A stretch of 53,954 nt of DNA from Balamuthia mandrillaris. Lineage: Eukaryota. The notes under the pieces were generated by a model. The model saw only the letters and a list, made by a program, of their open reading frames with translations. It was not told where the DNA came from and made no database searches. The stretch lies in contig JAVKOQ020000097.1 of NCBI GenBank assembly GCA_031835245.2, positions 124,001-177,954 on the forward strand. The letters run 5' to 3'. The position numbers and the translations under genes were made by a program. Shown in pieces: positions 1 through 12,682 of the stretch (the first letter of the stretch is position 1; every line of letters begins with the position of its first letter).

Positions 1-1943
1 TTCAGTCTTCTTCTTTTCCATATCCTTCTTCGGAAACGACGAGACTGAGCACAAGAATGTATGAATTGTTGTGCCGACTTCACGAACTGGGACAAGTCTC
101 TCCTCAAGTGTTGCTCTATCTTGCGCAAATTGCACAACCGTCTTTGCTCTTCTCTCGTCTTCTTTCTTCTCCGTCTTCTTCAACAACAAATACAAACGCA
201 AACAGTAACATTGACGTCGTTTCGGCTTTAGGTTCGATGTTTGAAATCCTTCTTCCTTTTCTTCAAGACCTAAAAGACTTTCAACAACAACGAAGGCGAA
301 CGATAGAAATAGAAGAGAAAGAAGAAAACGTTGAAGAAGCGTTTGAGGCGTTATTGAAGAGATTTTACGATGAAATCGTTTTAATCGAAGAACAACAAGA
401 AGGAGACCAAGAACGTAGAAAAGCCGATGTGGAAGCAGCATTAACAGAACTGTTTCTTATCGGAAGAAAGACACGTTCCACTTTCTTTTGTTTGGAAGAA
501 GCGGAAGGAGAAGAGAAGAACGAGCCGGAAAGGAGAAAGAGAGCAGGAATGGCGTTCGTTTTGATGTTGGGACTTTGGGACGTGACTTTGGTGTTGAATC
601 GCGTTTCTGCTTTACAAGTTTTGCATCTGACGAACGACTCTTTGCCGTACAACGATCATAACGGTGCCAGCACAAGCGTCGCTAAACAGTTTGGATTCAT
701 GGTTGAGCTACAACAAGTTCTTCAGAGTTGGTCTTCTATTCAGGTATTTATTTTCTTTTCTCTGCTTTATTCTCTCCTTTTTTTTTGAAAATTGTCTTTA
801 ACTTTTATTGTTTCTGTTGTTCATTCTTTTCTGTCGAAAAGGTGGAAGATTACTTTCGTATGATAGCAAGCACACCATTGCCGTTTCAAAAACAACAACT
901 AGCACACACGGAACCGCATCTCTCCTTTCTGCTGCTAAACTACATTTTAGAGCTTCTGAAGATGCCGTTGGAAGAGCTGCTTTCCTTTCATCATTGGTTC
1001 ACTTATCTCTCTCGTCGCCATCTTCGTTTCTTGGTTCAACTGCTACACATTGATACTATCACTTTGCTCAACGTACGAAGAAGAGTTGTGACAGCCACTT
1101 CTTCAAACTCTCGTTCTCTTTCTTCGTCTTCATCAACAATACCAAATAATTTCAGACCTGCTTCTTCTTCTTCTTCTTCTTCTTCTTCTTTGACTTCTTC
1201 TGTTCTCTTTTCTCCAGCTGTATCAACGAGAAGAAAAAGACCGGCTGAAGCACAACTTGGTCGAGAAGAACGATTCTCACTTTCGCTGTTATCTCATTCA
1301 TCTTCTTCATCCTCTTCTACTACTTTATCGTCTGCTCCTTCATCCTCATCCTCGTCTTCATCACAACGCCCAACTCTTTCACTCTTTGGACTTCAACAGC
1401 AAATACCGTTATCTGCTTCGACGATGTCGTTGGTTCCACCTTCTTCGTCTGCTTCGCCTCTTCCTTCTTTACCCTCTTCTTTATCATCTTCTTTCAATAT
1501 GGAGCAATTATCATCAACGACAAATGATGATACGAGTCAACCGTTGGACCGAATTTGGGAACATTTTGCACAAGATCTTCCCCCTTCGTTGCTGCCTTTC
1601 TTTTCTTCTCCCTCTACTTCTTCCCCGCCGCGTTCTTCTTCTGCATCATCTTCTCTAACAACATCGACAGAAACAGCACCAACGCTTTTATCAACGGAAC
1701 CTTCGTCATCGGTGTTCCCTTCTCTCTCGCGTGCTTCTCTCTTCCAACAACAGCAACAACAAGCTCAACAATCACCAACTCTCTTATTTCAACGACCGCA
1801 ACAACTTCAAATAGAACAACACCAACCACAAAAAGACGCAGAAGACAGACAACGATTGACGGTCAAAACCGAACAGATGATATCTCCCGTTCGTGCAGCT
1901 AGCTCTTCTATTGCTCGTCCTGTTCCGTCTACTCTCAGGTTGC

Positions 1944-1988
<45 letters not shown>

Positions 1989-3143
1989 ATTTTATTTCTT
2001 TTCTAACCCCTTTTTTGAAAACACAAAACAAGGTATGAAATTCGAATAGCGCGACAACCCCCAGCAGAATGTGTGTATAGACGCATTCTTCGACCGAATC
2101 CCTCCATTATGTTCCTAAACAGACCAAGCGACGTCCAAATGACCAACTTTTTCGTAAAAGCTTCTCTTTGGTGGGAAGATCCTACTCCTTCTGCTGCACC
2201 TCCTTCCTCTACTTCTCCTTCGCTTCAACTGAAAGAGCTTGAAGGCGAGTTGGACGGTATCCTGACAGCTCGTTTCTCTCAAGGCGCCTTTGCCACTTTT
2301 AAACGCCTCAAAGTGCGATCCACGTGTACCGCTTTGAGAGTGCGGCACGTGCGCATGAAGTTCACGCTGATGGAGTGGCGGGAGAATGCCTTTGCCGTTA
2401 TTCACGACTGTGCCGTTGTCTCTGACCCCATTCGCGTCTTCTCTCACAGCAGTTATTTACACAAACGAAAAAAACGGAACTCAATAACTTCTTCAGCGTT
2501 ATCATCGACCGTAACAACAAATACGGACGCAAGTGGAGAAGAAGAGAAAAGCAAAGAGAAAGGAGAAAGCATGACAACCACGACAACGATAACCATGCCG
2601 ATTCCTGTTGTCACAGATGTGTTGCCGGATGTGGTGTCGATTGGAGGTGGCACCAAAGTTGTGGTTTTGGGATCCAACTTTGTGAACAGCCCGTTGCTAA
2701 GGGTTCGCTTTGGGACGATTGTTGTGGAGGCGATCTTTCATGAGGATCGCACCATTGTTTGCGTGTCGCCTTCGTTATTGTCTCTGTTCAACACCTCTTC
2801 CTCAGCCTCAGCCTCAGGTTCTTCTTGTTCTTCTTCTTCTTCTTCTTCTTCTTCTTCTTCTTCTTCTTCTTCTTCTTCTTCTTCTTCTTCAGCTGCAACT
2901 TCTTCCAGTTCGTCTTCCGCCTTTGCAAGAGGAAGAAAGAGAAGCGCGGAAGATAGGAGACGCCTTAATGATGAAGAAGATGACTTTGAAGCAGACAGCG
3001 ACGAAGAAGAACAGCAACAACAGGACAGAGATGAGGAGGAAGTGGCTGCTGAGATTAGAAGAACGCGGAGAGTATCCGTCAGTGTTGCAAACGACGGCGT
3101 CAACTTTTGTGCCACGAACGTCTCCTTTCACATCCAAATGTGA
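1..3143 (+). CDS. IPT/TIG-domain protein with an upstream Rel/velvet-like Ig-fold segment (putative transcription factor); 5' end probably outside the window
   Basis: Exons <1-743, 842-1938, 2033-3143 joined by GT-AG introns. The last exon reads RYEIRIARQPPAECVYRRILRPNP...FKRLKV...SDPIRVFSHSSYL, then an IPT/TIG motif (PVVTDVLPDVVSIGGGTKVVVLGSNFVNSPLLRVRFG...VSVSVANDG) split by a poly-Ser/acidic insert. Confidence 0.75.
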
Positions 3144-3242
3144 TTCTGCGTGGACGGCGATGGAAAAAGAGTTTTTATTGTAATATTTGTAAAAAAAAAC
3201 TTATTTATTATTTTTTTTATTTTATTTACTTGACTTCTTTCT

Positions 3243-5563
3243 TTATGATGGATGGCCAAGAAGAGAACGAAGGCGTTGGTTCTCTTCTTGTAGGGCAGAT
3301 ATCAAGCGTTGGTTCTCTTTGTCTTTGGCTTCCAACGCTTTGATTCGTTGTCGCAGCTCCTCCATTGTTGTTTCGGGCTTCATAGTCTGGTTGTGTTTCT
3401 TCGTTCTTGGTTCGTCGTCTGTCGGTTGTTGGTGTGATGTTTTTGTGATGTTGTTGGTTTCATCTGCTTGTTCCTGGAAAGCAGCTGTATCTCTTCCACT
3501 TTCTTCCGTCACTTGGCTTAATATCTGTTGTTTTTGTTTGATGCAATGAGCAAAACCAAAACGGAAGAGAAGAGAGAAAAGAGAGAAATGAGAGACGGGC
3601 GAGAAGAGGGCAACATACCTGATGAGCATCGTCCAAACTTTTTTGCTTTTCAGCAAGCGGAGAGAGGGGGATAGCTTTGTTGCTAAATTGTTTGGAGATG
3701 GTGACCCGTTGGGCTCCTCCTTCCTCTTTGACTTGCAACGAAATGTTTCCATCCTTTAGTTCTTTCTCTCCTTCTTTTTCTCCTTCTTTTCGTCCTTCCT
3801 TGTCTGCTTCTTTCGTTTCTTTTATCGAGTCGTTTGAAGAATGCTGATGTTTGTGAAAAGAAACCATTTTCTTGAGCGTATTCTTCTTTTTCTTCTTTTC
3901 GTCTTTCTTCTCTTTCTTTTGTTTCTTTTCTTTCTTTCCTTCTTTCTTTTTCTCAGAAGAATGAAGCTCCTCTTTTCGCTTCTTTTCTTCTCCTTCTTTC
4001 CCTTCTGCTTCTCCTGCTTTCTTGGTTTCTTTCTCTTTTTCTTCTGCAGGTTGTGTTCGACGATGAATACCACTAGAAGCGAACGACATCTCTCCTCCAA
4101 TGTTAGAAGCTCTTCTTCTGTTGATCCGTTGTTGGCTTTGTTTTTGTGGTTCGATCTGCACAAAGTCGGAAGGAAAGTAACCTTTCATCCACTGTCCTTT
4201 CTTGTCCAACAGTTCTCCTTTCCACATCTTTATTTTGTTATATTCTTAAAAAGTGAGAAAGAAAGGAAAAGGAATGAAAGAAAGAAAAGTACATACCTTC
4301 AACTCTGTCTTGGCGTGATGCACATAAATCACATCTCCTTTCTTAAATGATAGCCTACCACTGTTCCTATCCCTATCGGCCGCTTCTCCTTCTCCTTCAT
4401 CGTCAAAATCGCGAAGAGCTGTTGCTTTCTGATACATACAAGCTTTCAAGTTGAGTATCTGGCTTTCAATCTTTGTCTTGTAGGCCAAATATCGTTGTGT
4501 CATTTCTCTCTTTCTCTGCAAATCCTCTTGAACTTGTCCTTGCATTAAGTTCTTCTCTTCTTTCGTTGCTATTGTTGCTTCGTTTTCGTTACTAACGTTC
4601 TGTTGTCGAAGACTATTTCGAATGTGTGAAAAGTTCATCTTTGTGCCATAGAGTCGTCCCAAAGTGACCATTGCTTTGCTCTCCTCTTTTAGCTTTTCCA
4701 GCCTAGAGTGAATCATCTCTAATTTCTCGTCCAATTCTCTAATGGCCCGTTTCACTTGTTTGTTGAGGTTTTCGGTTTCTTCTTTCTTTTCGTTTGTGGA
4801 AGTTTCTTTTTGTTGATCTTTTTCAACGTCTTTTGCTAATGAGTCGAGATAGTCCATGTTAATGCTTTCGAGACCATTGAAAGCCATTGTATCACTTTTG
4901 CTGTTGTCTGTTGTTTAAGGAGTGCAAGAAAACATTCTTAGTTGTGATGAGAATATGAGAAAGAGAAAGAAAGAGAAAGAGAACCAATTAAAAAGAGAAA
5001 AAGAAACAACACGTACTCATAGAAGAAGCAGGTGAGTATGAAGGCTCCAGTTTCTTGAGCTCTTCCACTGTTTTCTTGAGAGAATCCCCCACGTCTTCGT
5101 CAAGACTGATGACGAGACTTGATTTCTCGGAAGAATTCTGTTTGCCTTTTTGGAGCCATTCGTGCTGAAGAAGTTGTTTGGCTGAAGGTCGTTTGTTGAC
5201 ATCTTTTTCAAAGCACTGAGTCAAAAAGTCGTGCAAGTCCTGTTTGTGACGTTGTCTGTTAATAAAGGAGAGAAAAGCAGACGAAGAAGAATAAGAAGAG
5301 GAAAAAAGAGACCTCAGTCAGTTCATCAGGAAGAGGAGGACAATCATCTTGCACAATCTTAAAAATGGCTGTCATAGGCGGTAAAGAATAATACGGAGGC
5401 TCCTATTCAACAAAATGACATCAACTTTTTCCAAACCAAAAGACGAAAGAATAGTAAAGAAAGGAAATAGGTACTCCAGTCAACATCTCAAGAAGAGTAC
5501 AGCCAAGACTCCAAATATCGGCAGCAGGTGTCTGTCCACTCATCAAAATAACTTCTGGGGCCA
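3243..5563 (-). pseudogene. STE-group (SepA/Cdc7/MAP3K-epsilon-like) Ser/Thr kinase C-lobe + coiled coil + SH3; 5'-truncated at the MULE junction
   Basis: Exons 5563-5475 ([29 protein letters not shown]), 5402-5313 (EPPYYSLPPMTAIFKIVQDDCPPLP), 5239-5017 (DLHDFLTQCFEKDVNKRPSAKQLLQHEWL), 4907-4297 and 4227-3619 (SH3: ALRDFD...LSFKKGDVI...MWKGEL...GYFPSDFV), 3524-3243. Subdomains I-VII are absent: the upstream intron runs into the transposon TIR at 5669. Confidence 0.8.
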
Positions 5564-5668
5564 CTTTTGAAGAGAATAAGCAATCCGAATGGAAACACGG
5601 ATAAAAGAGAAGAGAAAGAATCTAAGGAGGGACCAAAAGGAGAGAGAGAGAGAGAGAGAGGCAAAAAT

Positions 5669-8600
5669 GGTAGATATCCCACCCCACGACCAAAAACTTC
5701 CCACCCCACCGATAAAAATTCCACCCCTCAGGTAAAAGTCCCAACCTATTAGGGTGACATGAATTATGAGTAACTCTATCGTTACATTGCTACTGTGTTT
5801 CTCTTTGCTTGGCGAGAGGAATAACCGTTGTAAAAGAAACTGTCAGGAATTGAAAGCATGCTGTATCCTTGGTCAACGGTTATTCCTCTCACCATTCTTG
5901 CCCGCCATACTTTTCTTTTTGTTCCCGCCTTTTTTTTTCAATAACGTTACCGTTACTTTTTCTTGGGTTGTAACAAGGTCTTCTTCTTTAACTTTTTTCT
6001 TTCAACTAGAAACAGCTACACACAACCATCACACACCTTTTTTTTTTGTTTGGCTTTTTGTTTTTTCCTTTTTTTTTTTCTCATTATGGAAGCGAAGAAA
6101 AAAAGATTTGCCGAGATTTACGGGTGGATTTTTGAACGAAAGGTTCCATTGCAGCAGCTTTCACGGTTGTACAATGGTGGAGAGGATGCTCCGACCTTTT
6201 ATCGAGTCCAATGGAGATCAACTCGTGGGCTTACAAAGCGAACAGGAGTGAAGGTGCTTAGTAATCCGCGGACCACCCTTGAAGGAGTGAAAGTGTTGGT
6301 GGCGCCTAAAGTCAAGAAGGTGAAGAATGGGGTCCTTGAGGTTGCACTCAGCGAGAATCTTCACTGCTCTGGCGGCTTTGCCTGTGCTCCTCCTGCAAGA
6401 GGAAAGAAGAACAAAAAACTAAAGGACTGTGAAGTACAAAGCCGTTGGGTGGTGTTTAGAGATGAGCTAAACACTGCCTACATCTACATCCAGAAGGAAG
6501 CCCAAAGCCACGGACCTGGGTTTTGCGCGCCTTCCGCTTTGCCTATGACACCTGCGCTTCGGCAGTGGCTCCGCCAGATGGATGGGCAAGGAACAAAAGA
6601 AGACGGAATGAATGGGAGAGGAGGAGCAATGACGGCGCACGAGCTGCAACGAATGTTGCTGGGGGGCGCTTGTGAGCTGGTCAAGGATGCTCGGGATGTA
6701 CCCACTGTGCAGGAGATTGCCACTGTAATCCACAACGGAAGGAAAAAACTGCGAATCGGCAAGAAAGGGCAAACCAGAGCAGAAGCCCTCCAAGAGGCCT
6801 TGAATCGGCCAGAACTGGCTTCTACTATCCTTTTCCCACCTTTGGAGAGCCGTGAAACGTACATCCTTGATCGCACGGCGGCCCGTCGGCCATGGATGAT
6901 TTTTCTGATCGCGCCTTATGCAGTCACTGTGCTTCCGCGATGGGGTAAGGATGTAGTCGGCCTGGACAGCATCTACAAGCTATCCAAGTCACATCACCCC
7001 GTTTGGGCACTGGTGGTGCAAGATGACTTGGGACGGAGCTGGCCTGTTGCCTTCGCTGTTGCTAGCAAGGAACGAGCAGCAGTTGTGCGCTTTTTCCTTT
7101 CGTCTGTTCGTCACTTTTTTGAGCCACAGACGACAACGATCTACTCCCCAAAACCTACGTGGCAACCCTTCGTAATGATCGACAAAGACAAGGTGGAGCG
7201 TAACGGGGCGACAAGTGCTGGCTTTCAGGTGGTGTTGTGTGACTTTCATGCACAACAACTGTGGAGAAAAAAGTTGCGCAGTATGGTTTGTTCTCTCTCT
7301 TTCATGCATCTGCTCTCTCCCTCTCGTTGTTGCTCATACAAGTAGAAACTAACAATAATACCAAACAACAAGGGAAGGATGATGGAAGTGTATTGGGTTT
7401 GTTAAAAAGACTGCAACATGCCATGACAGAAGATGCAGAGGAAGAAGCAACAAAAGTGTTGAAGAACTATTGCCAAAAAAAGAGGATTACCCGTTTTTGG
7501 CAGTACTTTGACAAGAACTGGCTTTCTCCTCCATGGGCATCAACGTGGAAAAGCATTGATCGTCCTGGGTACCGAGAGGGCTTGTGGAATACCAACAATG
7601 CAACAGAGACGATCTTTCGTAGCATTCTTCGTGATTTCCACTGCAAAGGCACCAAAGGGGATCACAACTTGGTCTTAACGCTAGCAGACAATGTGTTTCG
7701 CCGCTACAATGTGGAGCTCAACCGCATCGATGTACTACAGCAACGCCCAAGCCTTGGTGTTTGCCGGCTTTGGAGGAGATATCAAGAGGGATTGCGGCTG
7801 GCACAGCACCAACAGAGTGAGAAACAGAAAGAAAAAGAAGAAATAGAGAATGGCAGCAAAAACGATGACAACAACAACGACAGAGAGGAAAAAGAGGTAG
7901 AAGAAGGATTGAACGCACATTTTGTAGAGCTTGCTGACGGCGTTTTCAAATGGAATGAGTACGACGTGACTATAGAATTGCCTTCATGCCCCTGTCCTTA
8001 CTTTCGGTATTATGGTAGGAGGTGCAAACACGTTTTTGGACTTGCTGCTCATCTACAGAAAACATTTTCAGATCAGAACCTTTTAGAGCTTGGGCTGAAA
8101 AGACAAACAAGACGCACCAACAGCAGCACCTCACAAGTGGCAAGAATAGTTGAAGATGACATCGTTGAAGCAGATGATACTGACTCCCTGGAGCAACGTG
8201 TAGCGCCTGTTACCCTTGATGATGAAGATGTGGAAGGAGAGGAGGGAGATGAACAGGCCGAGGAACAGCAGGCGCTGCTACTGTTGGAGGAGCCATCGAT
8301 GGATGAACTTGGTGAGGACGACGGCGGAGATCTTGAGGAAGAAACTTCTGAAGGAGAAGAACACAACAATAAGAAAGAAGAGAAGGAGGAGAAGGAGGAG
8401 AAGGAGGAGGAGGAGAAGGAAAAGGAGAAAGACAAACTGAATGCAAACAAAAATCAAGGAACAAAGCATCAACATCCAGTGGAGCCAAAAATCGAGTACT
8501 CTAGCAAGGAAGAAGCAGAACAAGCAATCGCATATGCTACAGGGAAGTCATCACCTGGGAGGCCGCGCAAAACAACAAAGAGGCCGAAAGTAGCAACCAA

Positions 8601-9362
8601 CCTGCGACTCACAGAAGAATGTTTGCTTGAATTAAGTTAGTATCTCTTTTTTTTAAACAAAATCTCTCCCTCCTTTCCTACTTTTAGCTAACACCTCACA
8701 CAAACACCAGAAACCGAACGTACCTTTCAATCAAATTTAACAAAACCTGAAACAACAAAGAAAAAGGCAGCGGCGGTGGCGGCGGCTGCACCAAAAAAAC
8801 AACAAAATCAAAAAACAAAAACGCAAAGTGGTATGTTTGTCACTTTTTGTATCAAGCAGATTCTTTTTCTGAAGTTGATGTTTGTCATTTTTGAAGAGTG
8901 CAAAGCAAAGCGTACCTCTCAATGGCAAAAGAACTGTAAAACGGAAGAGATCTATGGCGTCGCACCCGTGGTGAACTACCAGGATCCCCGAGTGGACAAA
9001 AGGAAGCCTCTCTCTCCAAAACGACAACTGAAGCCCAACCCACGGTACCAGAAAACACAGGTCGTGAAGCTCCTCTCTCCTCAAAAAAAGAACAGAACGA
9101 AGAAAAGGTGCCCAGCGTGACAAAGAAAAGACTGGCCAAAAGAACAAAACGAAAAAAAAAAGCCCCCTAAAAAATAAATTTTTGATTTTTCTGATCCCTT
9201 TTCTCCACTCTCTAAAATAATGGCCAGCGCACGCTTTGGTGGCAAAATAGCACAAAAATAATAGGTTGTTATAAATACATATTAGGGTGGGTAAATTACC
9301 TGAGGGGTGGGACGTTTACCGAAGGGGTGGGACTTTTAGCGTTGTGGGGTGGGACGTTTACC
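5669..9362 (+). mobile_element. Mutator/MULE DNA transposon with about 82-bp imperfect TIRs
   Basis: Left 5669-5750 (GGTAGATATCCCACCCCAC...) versus reverse complement of right 9281-9362 (GGTAAACGTCCCACCCCAC...): about 61/82 identity by hand count. Encloses a MULE transposase. No target-site duplication seen. Confidence 0.88.
6086..8640 (+). CDS. MULE DDE transposase with SWIM zinc finger and AT-hook (further small exons to about 9120 possible)
   Basis: D1 GLDSIYK...VWALVVQDDLGRSWPVAF; D2 FVMIDKD; CxxH LCDFHAQQ; E NTNNATETIFR; SWIM CPCPYFRYYGRRCKH; AT-hook PGRPRK. Intron 7281-7372 joins ORFs 5963-7345 and 7261-8640. Confidence 0.9.
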
Positions 9363-9375
9363 CGATTCGCGCAAG

Positions 9376-9804
9376 GTCATCAGCGAGATAGAACGCTACC
9401 AGAAGGCGCCGTACGTGTATTACGTGGTGCCGCCCATCGAAGAGTTTTTGTTGCACAAGCTTCCCATCATGGAAGAGAAAGAGCTTTACGCACGAGCGAA
9501 GGCAAACGAGGAAGCGGCCAACGCCAAAGGCAAAGGTTTGTAACCCTGGATGATTTTCATCGAAGGAGAAACTTTTTCCATTCTTTTTCCTTTCTTTTTC
9601 CATGTTATTATCTAAAACAACAACAACAACAACAAAGGTGGGGACAGCGAAGCCGTTCAAGAGTACGTTTTGGAGGGAAAGAAGATCGAGAGGGACAACA
9701 AGAAGCACTTTAAAGAGATGGAGAAGCAAGAGAAGAAGCTCCTCCGAACCATCTCCTTCAAGACGCAAAAAACGCAACGAAACAGAGCCGCCACCTTCAC
9801 TTGA
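9376..9804 (+). pseudogene. C-terminal two exons of a RasGEF (Cdc25-type) gene; upstream exons missing
   Basis: After an AG acceptor at about 9374-9375: VISEIERYQKAPYVYYVVPPIEEFLLHKLPIMEEKELYARA, resembling the end of the RasGEF catalytic domain. Intron about 9536-9637; last exon GDSEAVQ...RAATFT* ends at TGA 9802-9804. Confidence 0.65.
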
Positions 9805-10007
9805 AGCTTGTTTTTTTGTAATGTTTTTTTTAATTATTATTCATTTCTTCACAATCTAAAGTTTGTCTTATTGTACAAAACATAAAAAAAATCTTTTTTC
9901 TTTAAAGGGGTTGATTGTTCGTTCGTTCGTTCGTTCTTTCGTTTCTTTTGTTTCTTTTGTTTCTTTCTTTCTTTCTTTCTTTCTTCTTCTTCTTCTTTCT
10001 GTTTTGT

Positions 10008-11552
10008 TTAAAAGTACTCCAATTCGGTCATAAACTCCTCTGCCAGTTCGATCAACCGCCTCATGTGCGACAGAGTCCTCAAGTGCAGCCCGTCCTTCCT
10101 GGTGGTGTAGTACTTCTCGACCTCCTCTGGCGTCATGTAGGCCCACTTGGAGACCACCGTGTAGACGAAAAAGTCGATAAAGCAGATCATGAACTGCCTC
10201 CAAAACTGCTTAAAGGGATAGTTGGTGACGCCGTGGTGCAGCAGCGAGCGGTAGTAACTCTTCTTGACCCAGTGCCGCAGGTTGCGTTGCGTGAGGCAGT
10301 CGAGGCTCGCGCTGGTGGCCACAAAGTAGGCAGCATCGATGACGCCAGCCCCTCGGCCCAACCACTGCCAATCGATGGTCCAGACGGAGGGCTCGGCGCA
10401 GCTGCTGTGGTCGACGAAGAGGTTGGTGATCTTAAAGTCGCCGTGGATGAGGGTGCGACGGGGCATGTCGTCGAATTCGCGCATAATCTTGGGGAGGTTG
10501 CGCTCCAGCCGCTCTCCCAGCTTTGTCAGATCGCGGCGAGACAAAGAGTTTCGTTTGATTGGTTCGGAAGCCGTGGCAGTGGGAGAAGAAGCGGCAGAGG
10601 AAGTTGAGGTAGGAGAGGAAGGAAGAAGCGGGATAGACGAGTTGGTGTTTGTGCTGTTGTTGCTCGTGTTGTTGTTGGTAGTCGAAGCAGTATCTGCGTC
10701 AGTAAGGGAAGAGGAGGAAGAAGTGGGGGAGAAGGGCTGCAAACAGCTCTTCCATTCCTTGGTATGTGCAAAGTTTCGCAAGGCTTTAGCCCATTCAGAG
10801 CGGACGAGGAGCTTGTGGTCCCTTCGCTTGTCGCCCGTCCAATAGCCACCCAACTCCCAAACGTTCATTTGCTGCAAGCGGGGGTGATCCCAAAAGGCGG
10901 CATGGAACTCAGCCAGCTTCTTCAGGCAGAGCATGCACTCCTCAAAGGTGAAGCCATCGGGCTGTCCGTCAGCCATGGCTGCAAAGTTGATATCCTGCAT
11001 GACAATGCCAAAGCAGTTGTTGAAGCAGTCCTCAAAGTTATAGTAGACCTTAGGGAGGTGGAAGCCGCGAACATTAGCCGCAATGTCGGAGTAGAACTGG
11101 CTCTCGATTTGATAGCTAACGAGGTACATGGCCTCCTTGTTGAGCAACCCGGTTTGTCGGCGCAGCTCCAACTCGAGGCGTTTCTTCAGAGGGTGATTCC
11201 AGCGAAGGACCTTTACCACGATGGTCTTGGGGGCGGAGGACTCGACGCACTCTCCTGTAAAGTCGAGACTGATCTTGCTGACTTTGTAGTGGCAGCCGCC
11301 CATGAGGGTCTTGGTGAGGAAGGAGGCAACATAGGTAGTGTTCTCGATAGCGCGTTCCTCTTGGAGGATGGTCGTCAGCCATTCCTTCGATAGGTTCTTC
11401 GGGTCGACGGGGAGGGGTTGGCGGGTCAAAGTGGCGGTGCTGCTGAGGCAGTTGAGGTGTAGCACGATCAAGGTGACTTCCAACAAGCGAAGTGTCAAGA
11501 AACGACTGACGATGAACAGCGAGATCTGTAGAGTAAAGCAACGCTTAGCAAC

Positions 11553-11594
<42 letters not shown>

Positions 11595-12011
11595 GCGTAC
11601 CCATTGAGAGGACGGGGAGTCGTCATCAGTGATATGGGAGCTAAGGTAGAGGTAGATGCCAACGACAGTTACAGTCAACATCAAGGAGGCGCACACCATT
11701 GCAGTCTTCCTAGTGAAGGTAGCAAAGCGCAGCACGATGCTGCTGGTAGCCCTCTTTGAGAGTTGGTCGGTGTTTCTCTTATACTTGCCGATGCCTTCCT
11801 CCCAAAACTTGAAGAACAGGAGGACCACGGCAATGATGAGAGGCAACAGGGTCCATTGAATCTCAAAGTTGAAGAATACAAAGAGCGTCGTGAGGTAGAC
11901 TAGCCCGTTGATAATCAACGTATGAGTGGCCACTCTATGAAGCTTTCTCTTCTTGTTTCGGCGAACCACCATGTAGTAGAGTTCCAACCTTCAGTTTTTG
12001 TGCAAGTCAGT

Positions 12012-12054
<43 letters not shown>

Positions 12055-12682
12055 CATACCACATGTGAGTAGTAAGAGTGACTGCCGAAAAGATGAGGAG
12101 ATAAGGCAGGAAGTAGAACATCTGGAAGCACAGAGAAAGCTGGGCCATCGCTGCGTCGAACATTGACAACAGGAGGTAACGCCCGGCAAAAGCTTTTGGA
12201 ATTGAAACAAAGCAAAAGACTGTTAACATCTAGAAATGATAAAGAAGCACTGTAAACAAAGCAACGCGTCAACAAAAATTACCTCCACACGCAACACAGA
12301 GAAGGACATGCAGCACGCATTGCTTAGCAAGTAGCCTTCTCTTGGAATCGAATGGGAATTGCAACAAACGGGCAAGAAAAATGAGGCAGAGCACCCCAAA
12401 CGTGGCTGCCACAATGCCATGAAAGTTGTCGCAAAGCTCCAACTAAAATAGTTTTTTAACACCAGTCAGTCAACACAGACGTGGAGATAAGAACAGGACA
12501 GAGGACAAGGAAATAAGTTCATAGAAAAGAAAGGTAAGGAAGCAAGAAATGAATATAGGCAAGAGAGTGAAAAAACGATATAGAGGGAGGATAGGATAAA
12601 GGAGCAAGAAAGCAAGAGGATAGGAACGTACTCCTAAGGAGCAAAGGTCATCCGCAACTGGAACGGTAAATGGCGTTTGCAT
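10008..12682 (-). CDS. Multi-pass membrane protein fused to an EcKinase/choline-kinase-like (APH-fold) phosphotransferase
   Basis: RTLIHGDFKITNLFV and IDWQWLGRGAGVIDAAYF motifs; IVVK; ESQFY; CLKKLAEFHAAFW. Several hydrophobic exons between 12682 and about 11600, separated by CT-rich introns. Start codon tentative. Confidence 0.78.
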
